A stretch of 63,966 nucleotides of DNA, counting the filler, from Octopus bimaculoides (Eukaryota): the NCBI RefSeq assembly GCF_001194135.2. It is 7 parts of 6 records of this genome, joined end to end, with 100 filler letters (N's around TTAATTAATTAA, not from the genome) between each part and the next. Parts side by side here need not be neighbours in the genome. Positions count along the whole stretch, not along the records: positions 23,473 to 40,516 come from NC_068988.1; 6 more parts are not named here. One strand, written 5' to 3'. The position numbers were made by a program, and so were the translations under genes. Under the pieces are notes generated by a model. It was not told where the DNA came from, did not search any database, and saw only the letters and a list, made by a program, of their open reading frames with translations. Of the stretch, positions 24,280 to 37,162 are shown piece by piece (position 1 is the first letter of the stretch; every line of letters starts with the position of its first letter).

Positions 24280-24488
24280 CTCTTTTACTCATTTACTTGT
24301 TTCAGTCATTTGATTGTGGCCATGCTGGAGCACTGCCATTAGTCGAGCAAATCGACCCCAGGACGTATTCTTTGTAAGCCTAGTACTTATTATATTGGTT
24401 TCTTTTGCCGAACTGCTAATGTTACGGGGACGTAGATACACGAGTATCTGTTTTCAAGCAATGTTGGGGGACAAATACAGACACACAA

Positions 24489-24490
<2 letters not shown>
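24278..24490 (-). mobile_element. SINE 3' half (…CAAATGACTGAAACAAGTAAA-type tail)
   Basis: TTTACTTGTTTCAGTCATTTGA…GACCCCAGGAC…GGGGACAAA; homologous pieces at 2680-2775, 34325-34520 and 46160-46220. Confidence 0.85.
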
Positions 24491-24520
<30 letters not shown>

Positions 24521-24526
24521 GCATAC

Positions 24527-24589
<63 letters not shown>

Positions 24590-24591
<2 letters not shown>

Positions 24592-24738
24592 CTTCTTTAA
24601 GTTACCGTCTACCAAATCCACTCTGGTCGGACCGAGGCTATAGTAGAAGACACTTGCCTAAGGTTCCATGCAGTGGGACTGAACCCGGAACCATGTGGTT
24701 AGTAAGCAAACTACTTACCACACAACCACTCCTGCGCC
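24590..24738 (-). mobile_element. tRNA-derived SINE 5' half
   Basis: Reverse complement reads GGCGCAGGAGTGGTTGTGTGGTAAGTAG…GGTTCCGGGTTCAGTCCC (A/B boxes); near-identical to 26230-26394. Confidence 0.9.
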
Positions 24739-25099
24739 TATATATATATATATATANNNNNNNNNNNNNNNNNNNNNNNNNNNNNNNNNNNNNNNNNNNN
24801 NNNNNNNNNNNNNNNNNNNNNNNNNNNNNNNNNNNNNNNNNNNNNNNNNNNNNNNNNNNNNNNNNNNNNNNNNNNNNNNNNNNNNNNNNNNNNNNNNNNN
24901 NNNNNNNNNNNNNNNNNNNNNNNNNNNNNNNNNNNNNNNNNNNNNNNNNNNNNNNNNNNNNNNNNNNNNNNNNNNNNNNNNNNNNNNNNNNNNNNNNNNN
25001 NNNNNNNNNNNNNNNNNNNNNNNNNNNNNNNNNNNNNNNNNNNNNNNNNNNNNNNNNNNNNNNNNNNNNNNNNNNNNNNNNNNNNNNNNNNNNNNNNNN

Positions 25100-25887
25100 A
25101 TATAAATAATATATAAATATATGCATATGTACATACATATATGTGCATACCTCCATCTATATATATACATACATGCATATATGGGTACAGGACATCAAAA
25201 AAATGTTAAACACAATGAGAAACGAAAACATAGAAAACGAAATTTTTCGAAAAACGAAAAAAAAAAACAAACAGAGAAACGAGACATGCAATAAAAATAG
25301 TATACCCCTTCGTCAGTTGCCCTTGTTTCATCTACTCCGCGTTTCGAAGGCAAGGGCAATACTCGACGTCGTTGAAACAGTCCTTCCCGCAAAGTAAATT
25401 AAATAAAATTTGAGATTCTTTGCGGAGGTTGAAAGTATTAACAAGAACAGGACAGTGAGAACAAACGGAGATGGCTGTTGAGCCAAGACGATGGAAAAAT
25501 TATTATGAACGCTAGGTAGCCGAGCCATGAGGAGGTAGGAAAAGGCACGTCTTTTCTTTAGGAAGGAAGTGGGCAGAAAGAGAGATCCCCTTCCGTCACG
25601 TGTCAGCGACGAGAGTGTGAAGGAGGAAGAGTGAGAGAGAGCGGGAACGGTGAAAGGGAGAGAAAAAGCAGAAAGGATGAAGAACAAGAGAAGGAGAGAG
25701 ATAGACAGAGAAGAGACAGTGGAAGAGTGCCCATTGTAATTAAGATAAGACACTTGGAATAGGATTCGTGGCATTCGATCATATAATAATATAAATAATA
25801 TATAAATATATGCATATGTCTATATATATATATATGCACATACCAACATCTATATGTATACATACATGCATATATGGGTACAGGACA

Positions 25888-25890
<3 letters not shown>
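25100..25890. mobile_element. ~0.7-kb non-coding element bounded by ~100-bp direct repeats
   Basis: TATAAATAATATATAAATATATGCATATGT…CATACATGCATATATGGGTACAGGACA at ~25100-25195 and ~25790-25888. Confidence 0.6.
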
Positions 25891-25930
<40 letters not shown>

Positions 25931-26032
25931 GGAGTAAGCACATAAAATGTGTAACAAGGTGGAAAAAAGAGTACTCAAATACCAGAGGTAGAGTAATATG
26001 CTTTATTTAAAGCAGCAGAAATATAACAAAAG

Positions 26033-26072
26033 ACTGCTACTCGGAGTTTCACGTTCCGGTTCATCGGACAGT
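26033..26072 (-). ncRNA. Minimal type I hammerhead ribozyme motif, degenerate (U4C), Penelope-type
   Basis: ACTGT-CCGATGA-ACC GGAA CGT-GAAA-CT CCG AG-TA-GCAGT; 5-bp stem I, one mismatch in stem II. Confidence 0.6.
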
Positions 26073-26229
26073 TTTCCGATGAACGGTTANNNNNNNNNNN
26101 NNNNNNNNNNNNNNNNNNNNNNNNNNNNNNNNNNNNNNNNNNNNNNNNNNNNNNNNNNNNNNNNNNNNNNNNNNNNNNNNNNNNNNNNNNNNNNNNNNNN
26201 ATATATATATATATATGTACATATGTATA

Positions 26230-26394
26230 GGCGCAGGAGTGGTTGTGTGATAAGCAGCTTGCTTACCAACCATATGGGTTCGGGTACAATCCCACACTGT
26301 GGCATCTTAGGCAAGCGTCTTCTACTATAGCCTCGAGCTGACCAACGCCTTGTGAGTGGATTTGGTAGGCGGAAACTGAAATAATCCCATCGTA
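26230..26394 (+). mobile_element. tRNA-derived SINE 5' half
   Basis: GGCGCAGGAGTGGTTGTGTGATAAGCAG…GGTTCGGGTACAATCCC…GGATTTGGTAGGCGGAAACTGAAA. Confidence 0.9.
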
Positions 26395-27499
26395 TATATA
26401 TACACATGTGTGTACGAATGTGTATGAGTGTGTTTGCCTCTGTAATTACTCCAATGATCCCACTTTACAACCGCTGCTGTTTTGGTTGTGTCCTTGCAAC
26501 TTTAGAATTTTGGCATAAAACGAAGAGTAAGTAGTAGACATTAAAATAATTTCTGTTGGGGTTGGGTGATTTCCTCAGTTGAACGCTTCGAGACTGTACC
26601 CTCTATGGTCGCAGTCTAGTACCTGAAACAAGTAGAAGGTCAAACATAAAAAAAATAAATACTATTCCTAATTGCTCCCTGCTTAGAATTGAAACTTGTT
26701 CAGCTGCTGGACTCGCTGTTACATTACTTCCGCTTTTAATCTCTTACTAGGAAGTTGTCTAACTTTGTTGCTATTCCACTATAAAAAGCCTTTCGCTATT
26801 CTATCAGCAGTTCATGAAATATTGATGGAGACATTGATTATTTTTTCTCTTTGAACTCATTCAATTTCTTCAGCCGTTGTTTCGAATTCCCACGTGACAA
26901 TGACGAAATGAAATTAGAGTAGATATATTGGACAATTAATACAATCTCCTTGTATCTTCTGTACGCAGATGTTCGTATTCTGAAATACATATACGCGTAC
27001 ACACTTACATGCGTGTATACATAAGCACATTTATGCATACATACATACGCACACACACACCTATATATGCACATGTATGTTTGTGTGAGTGTGTATATAC
27101 ATACATATCTGCGTATGTATATACACATGCACATATACGTAGATACACATACATGCACATACATATACATGGAAATAGACACACACATACACAAATATGT
27201 GTATGTGTGTATCTGTATCTGTTTATGTATATATATATATGGAATGTATGCATAACACTCTTTGCCCCTTTTGACAGTATACTGTCGTACAATCTCACAC
27301 GGCTTTCGTGGGTTCACAAATACACAATGGCAGAAATAAAAGTAACATATCAACAAGCGTATTATCTATGCATAGTCTATCTCCAACACAAGTATTAGTT
27401 AACACACGTATAAATAATAAAATTTAACTTTACACACCTAAGCTGACCACTATCCTTTGATCATATATGTATGCGTGAATGTATGTATGTATATATGTA

Positions 27500-27628
27500 T
27501 GTATGTCATCATCGTGGTCGTTGTCTACGTCGTCGACGTTGTCTTTGCCGTCGTCATTGACGAAGTCGTCATCATCATCATCACCATCACCACGACATAG
27601 TCTTCGTCGTCGTCATCATCATCGTCAT

Positions 27629-27693
<65 letters not shown>
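27500..27693. repeat. (CAT)n/(CGT)n trinucleotide array
   Basis: Direct reading. Confidence 0.9.
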
Positions 27694-27694
<1 letters not shown>

Positions 27695-30600
27695 TTCTCT
27701 TTACTGGAACAGCCAGTCCCTGATGTGACGGTGGATGGGTGGGTCTCTGTCAGTCAAGAATCATATTTATCAAACGGATTTCCTGGTCAGTTCCGTAATT
27801 AGGTAAACTTTCTCTAGCCAACCTTTTTCTTTATTTTTGATCAACCGAGTTCAGTGTTATCCTTGATTTGAAGGAATTGGAAATCTCCCTCATCATAATA
27901 TCGAACAGAAGAAACTAATATCCGAAAATGCCTAGATGCAGTTTTGCAATTCCATACTTTAATCTTGTATGTTCCATGCCTCCTCATTACGCACTTGAAG
28001 GTATTTTTCACAACTCTTCATAGGGAATTATTGAGTTATCAACTTATGTAATGCGAAGTACATTACAATTTGTTATATTTATACTTTACTCTAATTTAGA
28101 ATATTGTTGATGACCTATATGCGCACCATATTGGCACACCTATCATCAACTTATATATAGCTTTAGTACCTATGTGCCGGAGTCTAAGCAAATTAATTTA
28201 TTAATTAGTTGTGCCTTTATATGCACCGTCAATCCCAATCCTATTTATAATTTTATATGCTTCTGCATCATTTCTTTGAACGTATTCAATAATTCACCTA
28301 CGGCACTATACAACGTTAATTACAGCTTGCTCCTAGTGCAAAGCCAAACTCATTTTACATATTTCTGTATATATAATTATCTATAACTAATTATATAGAT
28401 GGTAATCAGATCAGTATCTGATAGGATTCTTTTGTAAATCTTCCAAGTTCGAAAATCTCCAGGCAAGAATTTGCAAGTCTTATATATGAAGAAGCGATTT
28501 ATAACATAAGCAAAATGCCTTATGTTTACAGATTAAAAACGACCTCAGAATTTGTTGGTTCTCTATTTATATTATCCCGGAGGATATATACCGAATCAGA
28601 CACTGCTGGGTCTGTTCTAGTTGGATTAGAACATAAAGAAATTCAAATGACTATCTCTAAGCATTTTCCTTAGTGAACCATCGGCTCTACATTGACCCAC
28701 GACTATATTGATGAAGTAATTCACATTTTTCATACTGTAATTATGTGTCATACAAAAATTGTAGTGAAATTGGCTTGGCTCCTGGTCAAAACAAAATCAT
28801 GACTAATGATCATACGACGGGCATTCTTGAACTAAATGAAAGTAATTAGCAAGTACTGCCTAAATGAAATATTGAGTTCTCACAATGTCATTAGGTAACT
28901 AAGTGATACGGGAAGAATCAAAAGCTGTAGATTGTGGGTTCGTATTTTATCCAGTTCAGATTAGATTGAAATGAAAGTAATAAACACTAGGATTTTTAAT
29001 CATAATTATTTGATGAAGATATTTCTGAATCTTCTCTAACTTGCCTATGTTGGAACTGATATATAGTGAGCTAATAACTAATAGCCAATATATAATATGA
29101 AAATAGGAATTAAAAAAAAATAAGTCCAATAAAGTTTCGCAATCTAGACATCCGCCAGTATCTTCCATACAATAGCGTCAACTGACGGCTTTTGGGTAAG
29201 CGTGAAGAAAACTAAATCAAAACCTTTCTATTCACTGACAGAACAGAACCGATGACGAGCATTCACAAATGCAGAAATAGCATAAAATTTGATATGCTCA
29301 AACAACTACCCACCTACCTACTCACACACACACACATGTATATTCGTCCTGAGATAGTATCTTTTATATATTATTTAAATAATAGAAAAATATTTCAGTT
29401 GCACAGAAATTCGTTCAGGAGTGGTGGTAGTATTTATTGTTCGATGACTATTTCTACCAGTTTTGAGCTCCAACAGTTAATTAAGCTTTTAATGATGTAT
29501 TTGGATTAGGTATGATACATAGATTGCTACTTGAAACTAATAACAATTCTGTTGCATACAACGAAGTTTTATTTACCCGGCCTGCTGATTTCAACATCAG
29601 TGATATTCCAGACACCGTTTTCCTCTATCGGCCACGACTAATTTTGAATTATCATACGGACCATAGCGAATAATTGCTACTGATGATGTCCAAGGGACAG
29701 AGATGTACATCCAGTAATGCCATCGCAGCCACTGGATGAATTTGGCTGCTGCTGATATATTTTTGCTTTGTCTAACAATACGTCTATAAGAGTGAAATCT
29801 CATGGCGTTTACTGCAATTCATTAGGCTTTCTATGATGTATCTGCTTTATGGACGACACACATATTGTTATATAAACACCTTCACTCTGCAAGACACGTT
29901 CAATCTCACAATTTGAATTAAATGATAATAGTGCCTCTGTATTTTGCAATCATTAGCTAAAGATCAGTACAAGGATGTAAAAAATAAAATCATCTATTCT
30001 GGTGTTAGAATTGTTGAACATTGATAAAAAATCAATTCCTGGTTACTTTAATAGTTTCTTTCCCACGTTCTTTAGTTGTTTGTTTTTTGGCTTCTATTTC
30101 TCTACTAAGAAAATTTCCATATTGTTTTTTTTATTTTTGTGGAATTGTCTATCGTTCGACAGTATTATCACCTAAGATTCCTGTTCGGCAATGTCCTGAA
30201 GTTTATTAGTCTATAGAAGTAAAACGATGCTGCTGCACATGCAAAACCCCTAACGACATGCAGTTAGTCCTGATCAATTGACGTTGCATAATTTTGGAAC
30301 AAACTTCCACCTTATAGGAAATTATGACTGAAATAGGAGTTTGAACTCGAATTACTTTTTCATGCACTCGAGAAATAAAAAAATGTAATAAAATCTGATG
30401 ATAAATTGCAAAGCATTCAAAAACGCACTTAAAAATATAGATTTGGAAAGCAAGCATAAAATTTTAATTTATAAATACAATAAAAGTAATCTATTTCTTA
30501 TGAACATTTTTACTTTATTAACGAAATTCAACAATACTCCATATGAAAACAACTAATTTATCAAAATGAAGGAAAACAATTTTGTGCAAGTAAAATAAAT

Positions 30601-31081
30601 TTAAATTCAATAAATAAATTATTGCTGCAAATATACATATAAGATATGATCCTTTCCAATATATAAAAGGATAATACAGCCCAGAGTAAATTTATGACAC
30701 TATAGGGAGAGACAACCAGAATAAGTGCTCTGGCCAATATCCTCTAAATCTAAACATGAATCGCTAACCAATTAGATAGTATCATATCGAAATATATGCC
30801 TAAAGCGCTCTCTATATGCTCATCGAATAAATCACTGGAAAGTTAACCGAAGAAATGACAAGATTGCTATGGTAATGTTCCTGAGGTGGAAAAAGATAGG
30901 TATAATATTATTAAAGGTCTACATACACTTTATACAAGAATCACCTAAAATGTCAGTAAACATTTTTGGGAAATTTCTGTTGGATTTGAGTAATCGAGTT
31001 TTCTTTATGTTACTCATAATTCAATCTAAACACCCAGGATATTGAAATGGTGATAAGTTATTCACTTGAGAACTTATTTAC

Positions 31082-31187
31082 CACAATCTAGATTGTTGGT
31101 GTCGAAAGCAAAGTTATTTCCAAGCATAGCCGAACATGCTTCGATGGTATATACATTGTGATGGTCTTGGAAAAACATCCAGGTATT
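31082..31187 (-). CDS. Candidate 106-nt exon (NTWMFFQDHHNVYTIEACSAMLGNNFAFDTNNLDC), product unknown
   Basis: Acceptor AATTATTTTCAG, donor GTG|GTAAAT; only frame 0 is open end to end. No homology recognised. Confidence 0.3.
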
Positions 31188-33657
31188 CTGAAAATAATTC
31201 TATCTTCAAATAAACGAGCTAACATGACTCCAATATCCACTCGTGAACAAAGCACTAGTTTTCTCTCCGATGTAGAGGAAAACTTATTTATCAGGTCTGT
31301 TTACACATGAATAGAAATATCACAAATTCTTTTACATGCACAGCAGTAAGTGTTTCATTCTTCGACATGTTAAGTATTCTTACAACAAAGAGCAAATCGA
31401 ACGACTTGAACAAGAAGCTAATAACGAATAATTGTATATGTTAGTGGAGTAAAGAATAGAACTATGTACAAATATGTACCGCAACTAACCAGAAACTATT
31501 GGTTAGAATATATAACAGCACACCGAAATGAGAAATATCTTTTCATCGAGAAGAAACTACAAACATGGAAGCCATAGAAGTTATTTTAGACAGACAATGC
31601 AATATATAAATATCAATGCAAGCATAAAACTTGTCAACTTTGTGATTTAAACTCTTACATTAGACACGCTAGTTCCACACTTTCTCGTCTGTTGACCATG
31701 CATTTACATGGTGGAGACATTGCACTACATTATAGTTCACTCTTTTCATTTATCTAACCGTCAACATTGATTTTTCGATCTGATTTTGTTTCTTAGCTGT
31801 AATTTTGTCGCTATGCTATCTCATTTACTACACTCCCAGCAACTTTTACTTTGTGATTCTCGACTACAATTTGTTTGCTCTTTCATAAAAAAAATTTGGC
31901 TCATTTTATATGCATCTCGGTTATTGCATATTTCACATTTATGTGTTGTGTTATGATTTTCTTAATGCGTCTGTTTGAGATTTTCTCTTTTAATCATGTC
32001 ATCTTTCACTTCTGTTTTCTTTGTCGTTTCGTGGTATGCACACTTTACATATTATATTGCTACATAGTATTATTTTTGTCATGTGGGATCATTATCAATG
32101 TCAGTTGTTCGAATTGTGTATTTCAGTGTTGTATTCAATTATTCTTGCTTTCGACAGCTTTTTAAAAGCTCTAATCGCATCGCAATGGTTTATTATCCTT
32201 TTTAGATTGGCTGTTGGTTCGATAATTTAATCTGATTTGAACCGTTACGATAAACATGTCCACGTACACTGAATGAAAGAAGCAGCAGGCTTCACAATTT
32301 CATTAAGCATTGCACCATGTTTTGTTGATTAATAAATATTCCACTTGTCGATTGGGACAAGAAATAACTCCACTTACCAATTTCTATTGAGATATGTAGA
32401 TGTTCATGAGAATCCTTTCATATACAGTGAAAAAGCTAGTATAAATTCATCATTTCTGTTTGTTGTATCACGATAGCAATCTTTGATCTGTTTAGTACAG
32501 ATGTCTATTTGAGTAGTCATGTGCCCCTAAAACGCCGGCGATATGTTTCACTTAAAAATAGTTCATTTCAGCATACAAACTTAAGCAACTTGATCATGTA
32601 AGAATATAGTTAAACTACAGCAGCTTTTGATGCTTGCTAAACGAATACCATTAAAGATGGCAATCACGATTATGGTGGTTATAGTTTTTGTATTATTCAT
32701 TTATTTGTATTTTATTTGATTTGTATGTTGTCTGTTTTGATTTGTATCTTGCTAACTCACGTTAGCATTTCCATGAAGAACTGGCAATATTAGTACCCAG
32801 TCATTTTCACGATCTCTTCCGCATGTAAATTATTGTAGACGTATTTATTCATGCAAGTGTATATATCGTTCAAAGAATTTCTATTATTCTATTATTATTA
32901 AGCATTAACCATCCATCATGCTGAAGGCACATATTAGTCGTTCAAAAACGCATCAAGATTGTTAACTTCCCTTAAATATTTAACATTTGATCTCCGCATT
33001 TTCTTTTCACCAAATGCTACTTGGTAACTGGCATGATTCCTCTGCATTTGGTCTGGGGTGAGGTCAGCATATATAGACGTCGGGGTGATAAATACGATTT
33101 TATCCATATAGTTTAGTCATCATTGCCTGGTGCTTATAATTCGTTATGTATACCACCAGTATTTGGTGGTAAATCACATGTCTTCTCTTTCGTTTATATT
33201 TGAGTGGAGTATCTTTGGAAATGTAAAGCACAGCAAGTAAAAATGACCTCGAAAGAAAAAGTCGTTCAGCATGGAAAGGTTGACCGAAATTATTCGAGGG
33301 GATGGGAGCTAATACGTATCTCACACGTTGAAATTGTTTTACTTAAAAAAAAAACTGCTTCGAATCACATAACATGCCAGACAAGTTCACCTCTGAATTA
33401 TATATTTACTAGCTAGACCTGTGGATACACTGCGGCGTAGGCAACCAGTACAACATTCTTATTATATTTAATATTCAACGAAATGATTTTCGCTAACATA
33501 GCATGGGCTCATTGAAATCATTAGATCAATTTCTGTTCAAACATCTCCCTGTCATTAACGGATGTTTATGGTTAGAGTGGTTAAAAGTAAAAAGCAAAAG
33601 TTAATTAGTTTATTAAATATGAATGCAATAATTATATATATATATATATATATATGG

Positions 33658-33688
<31 letters not shown>

Positions 33689-34324
33689 CGTGTGTGTGTG
33701 TGTATGTGTATGTATCTATGTATGTATACAGACACGCACATACATAGTACATGCATATGTACATAATTTACTTGCTTATTTGTTTTATTTGGAGAGTTGT
33801 TTACCTGTAGGCACACATGTGTAGAGTGTGCTTTATGTATGTCTGTACATTTAGATGTGTTGGTATCTCTGTTGGTGTTAACGGTTAACGTGAGAAACTA
33901 TAGAATGTAGGAAAAGTGATCATCCAGTTACAGATGGATGAATGAAAAGTAAACCTTCGCCTTTGCTTACATTATGCATCTCCACTGTTCTTCATAAAGT
34001 GTCTGTTGCACAATTTTTTTTTACTCATAGAATGTTTAGCAATATATGTTGTTTTGGTTTTTGTCAATGCGGGTCTCATAGGACGTACACGAAGTCTTAT
34101 TTCGTCAGATTAAGGAATTATTTTCGGAGAGTATTCATACGTCTAAATGGATATTATTTCTGCCTATTAACACGTCAAGATTGCATTTCGAAAATGCCCT
34201 TCTGTTAAAACTAGATTTAATTGCGTCTAATCCCTTTTGCAAATGGATTTCTTACCTTCAATTTCTGATATAAATTGCAATCAAACACGAAGTTGAACAA
34301 GAAAACGAATTTGTCTATCTTCCA

Positions 34325-34520
34325 TCTTTTACTTGTTTCAGTCATTTGACTACGACTATGCTGGGGCATAGCTGTAGTCGAACAAAACTACCCCAGGACT
34401 TGTTAAGTTTTTAAAGCCTGGTACTACTTATTCTATCATTCTCGTTGCTTAGCCGTTAAGTGACAGTGACGTAAACACACCAGCACCGGTTGTCAAGCAG
34501 TGGTGGGGACAAACACGCAC
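34325..34520 (-). mobile_element. SINE 3' half
   Basis: Homologous to 24278-24490. Confidence 0.8.
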
Positions 34521-34964
34521 ACACATAGATATATACATATATACAGATATATNNNNNNNNNNNNNNNNNNNNNNNNNNNNNNNNNNNNNNNNNNNNNNNN
34601 NNNNNNNNNNNNNNNNNNNNNNNNNNNNNNNNNNNNNNNNNNNNNNNNNNNNNNNNNNNNNNNNNNNNNNNNNNNNNNNNNNNNNNNNNNNNNNNNNNNN
34701 NNNNNNNNNNNNNNNNNNNNNNNNNNNNNNNNNNNNNNNNNNNNNNNNNNNNNNNNNNNNNTAAATTGAGATTAAAATGGCCTCATTAAGGGATAAAAAT
34801 CTAATGAATTACTGGTGTACTGCCTCTTGTTTTTTTGTGAGTAGTAATATTCCTAAAATAATAGGTTTAAGTGTAAATGTTGGTTTATAAATATTCAAAA
34901 TAAAAATCAGAAAATGAAGATGTAACATTTATAAATTTTTTTAAATGCAAAACTTCAACATATT

Positions 34965-35042
34965 CCCTTACAGCTGTTTCGATTTTTCCCAAATTAAATT
35001 CCAGCAATTAAAACATTTCATTGGGGAAAATCTCACCAGAGC
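34965..35042 (-). ncRNA. Degenerate hammerhead ribozyme motif (A6G core variant)
   Basis: CTGGTGA-GATTTTCCCCAA-loop-TTGGGAAAAATC-GAAA-CAGCTG-TA; stem II pairs 11/12, stem I is weak. Confidence 0.55.
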
Positions 35043-36303
35043 AGTAGAAACGACGTACCGTTGGGTTATTAGACGTTATTCTTCCAAAAACCTCTCAACA
35101 GACTAAATATAATTTAATTACTAATATTGTATAAACCTTGGCTAGGGGGTAATGGGTTGTATTAGGGTAATAATTGATAAATAAATGTTAGATAGCTAGT
35201 TACTGTGAATATTAGAATCATATGAATGACAGAATAAATAAACGAATACTTTTATAATTTGTTTATAATATTGATGGAAATTATATGAAAAATAGATAAA
35301 GTATAAAATAATCATAGTCAGAAAAGATTTTCATATACATAGAGAGCATACACACGCACATACCCACATATATATGTATATACATGCATATATATATACG
35401 TATACCCGTGTACACCTCCAAGATATACACTTCTAGGTAATAATAAATACGTATAAATAACAATATATGAATATATGAAATTACATACACATATACACAC
35501 ATATTGACACAAGTTGTGGGTGCAAATATGCATGTATAAAGTACTCTCGCGTGGAAAAATTTATGAGTGCATATATATAAACATACGCACATACGCAGTC
35601 ATGTATCAACGCACATGCTTAGGCATTAATATATAATTAAAAGAACAAAACAATTATATGTATCACACACTTTTCTATATATCTATAAACGTACATACTA
35701 TTTGTACATATACATACTCATACATATGTAATCATGTATTACATGTACAAAAACAAAATAGACGTACATATATTAGCATAACCTAATTCTTTCACCACTA
35801 TCAAACTATTTGTATCGATCAAGTGGAGAAAAAATAATTGTGATGGGCTAAATATTTCAAAATAGCAAACGTTCTTTATCATTTAATTAAATAAATAGAA
35901 CGGAAAATAAAAATACATTGTTTATGAGATTGAAAAATCTCTTATGTCACTGAAACAAATTACTTACATATGTGGTGGTCGCTTTTGACTTCCAGATAGG
36001 AAGCAATTGATTTAATATGTGAGGGGAGATGAATATTAATTCTTATTATTATATATATATATATATATATATNNNNNNNNNNNNNNNNNNNNNNNNNNNN
36101 NNNNNNNNNNNNNNNNNNNNNNNNNNNNNNNNNNNNNNNNNNNNNNNNNNNNNNNNNNNNNNNNNNNNNNNNNATATATACGTATACGTGTATATACACA
36201 TATACAAACATACCTACATATATACATACACATATATAAGATATATTCTTCTCCTCATAACTTATGTTAGGTAAAATTACTGAAGATATGAACAATTGAA
36301 ATA

Positions 36304-36556
36304 AATTTCTAACTTATCTAGAATTTTAGGTTATCATGAATAATAATAATAATAATACAAGATAAATTAATATTTAACCAATCAAAAAATTATTCCGACA
36401 CCAAGTGAATAATATTGCCAACTATACATAAAATGAAATGCAGTAAAATTTACCTTATCTAAAATTTTAGATTACCATAGAAAATAATAATAACACATAA
36501 ACTAATATTTAGTCATTCAAGAAATTATTCAGACATCGAGTGAATAATATTGCTAT
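36304..36556. repeat. Diverged tandem duplication, period ~143 bp
   Basis: CTTATCTA(G/A)AATTTTAG…AAATTATTC(C/A)GACA…GTGAATAATATTGC occurs twice. Confidence 0.75.
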
Positions 36557-37122
36557 TTTTGCACATATGTCAAAATATATGCAAAAAATATATACCTATA
36601 CCCGCATACGTAAACTATATATATACACGTGTGTACCCATTTATACACACTGAAATTCAATATGATTATATGTGTCTATCAAGAACTTACACATGCTAGT
36701 CTATACTCATACAAACATAAATATATTTATCCACATTTACATTTACATAGGCTCATTATATAGCAAAAGCCCACGCAGATTTGTTTATACTGTGTTGTAT
36801 CGCACGTTCGATGTACGATATAACGGGATAATAATATTGCCCTTGCAAGTCGTTCTACTCAAGATACTGGTAATAATCCTCGACAATATGCAACTCTCGG
36901 GTTTACTCTGGTCTGAAGGCTCTCTGCGTATGTCCATGTATATTGTGGCACATTCTACACAACATACTGATATATACATATACATGTACACAAATATATA
37001 TATACATTCACACATGCACACAATATATATATATATATAATACAGCAATATTATAGCATTAAAAATATTATGAAAAACTAACTAAATTAAATAATTTTAT
37101 GTAAAAATATTTATATACAGGA

Positions 37123-37162
<40 letters not shown>

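Noticed and set aside
25300-25365. Permuted (type II) hammerhead on the minus strand
   Set aside because: GAAA and CTGACGA are present, but stem I cannot form next to the core and stem III is only 2 bp.
28400-28640. Cadherin-like spacing on the minus strand (NINREP…RFTKESY)
   Set aside because: The DxNDN and AxDxG motifs are absent and there are several stops; likely coincidence.
29700-29790. GPCR TM2-like NLAAADIF on the plus strand
   Set aside because: Stops lie on both sides within ~15 codons and no other TM motifs are present.
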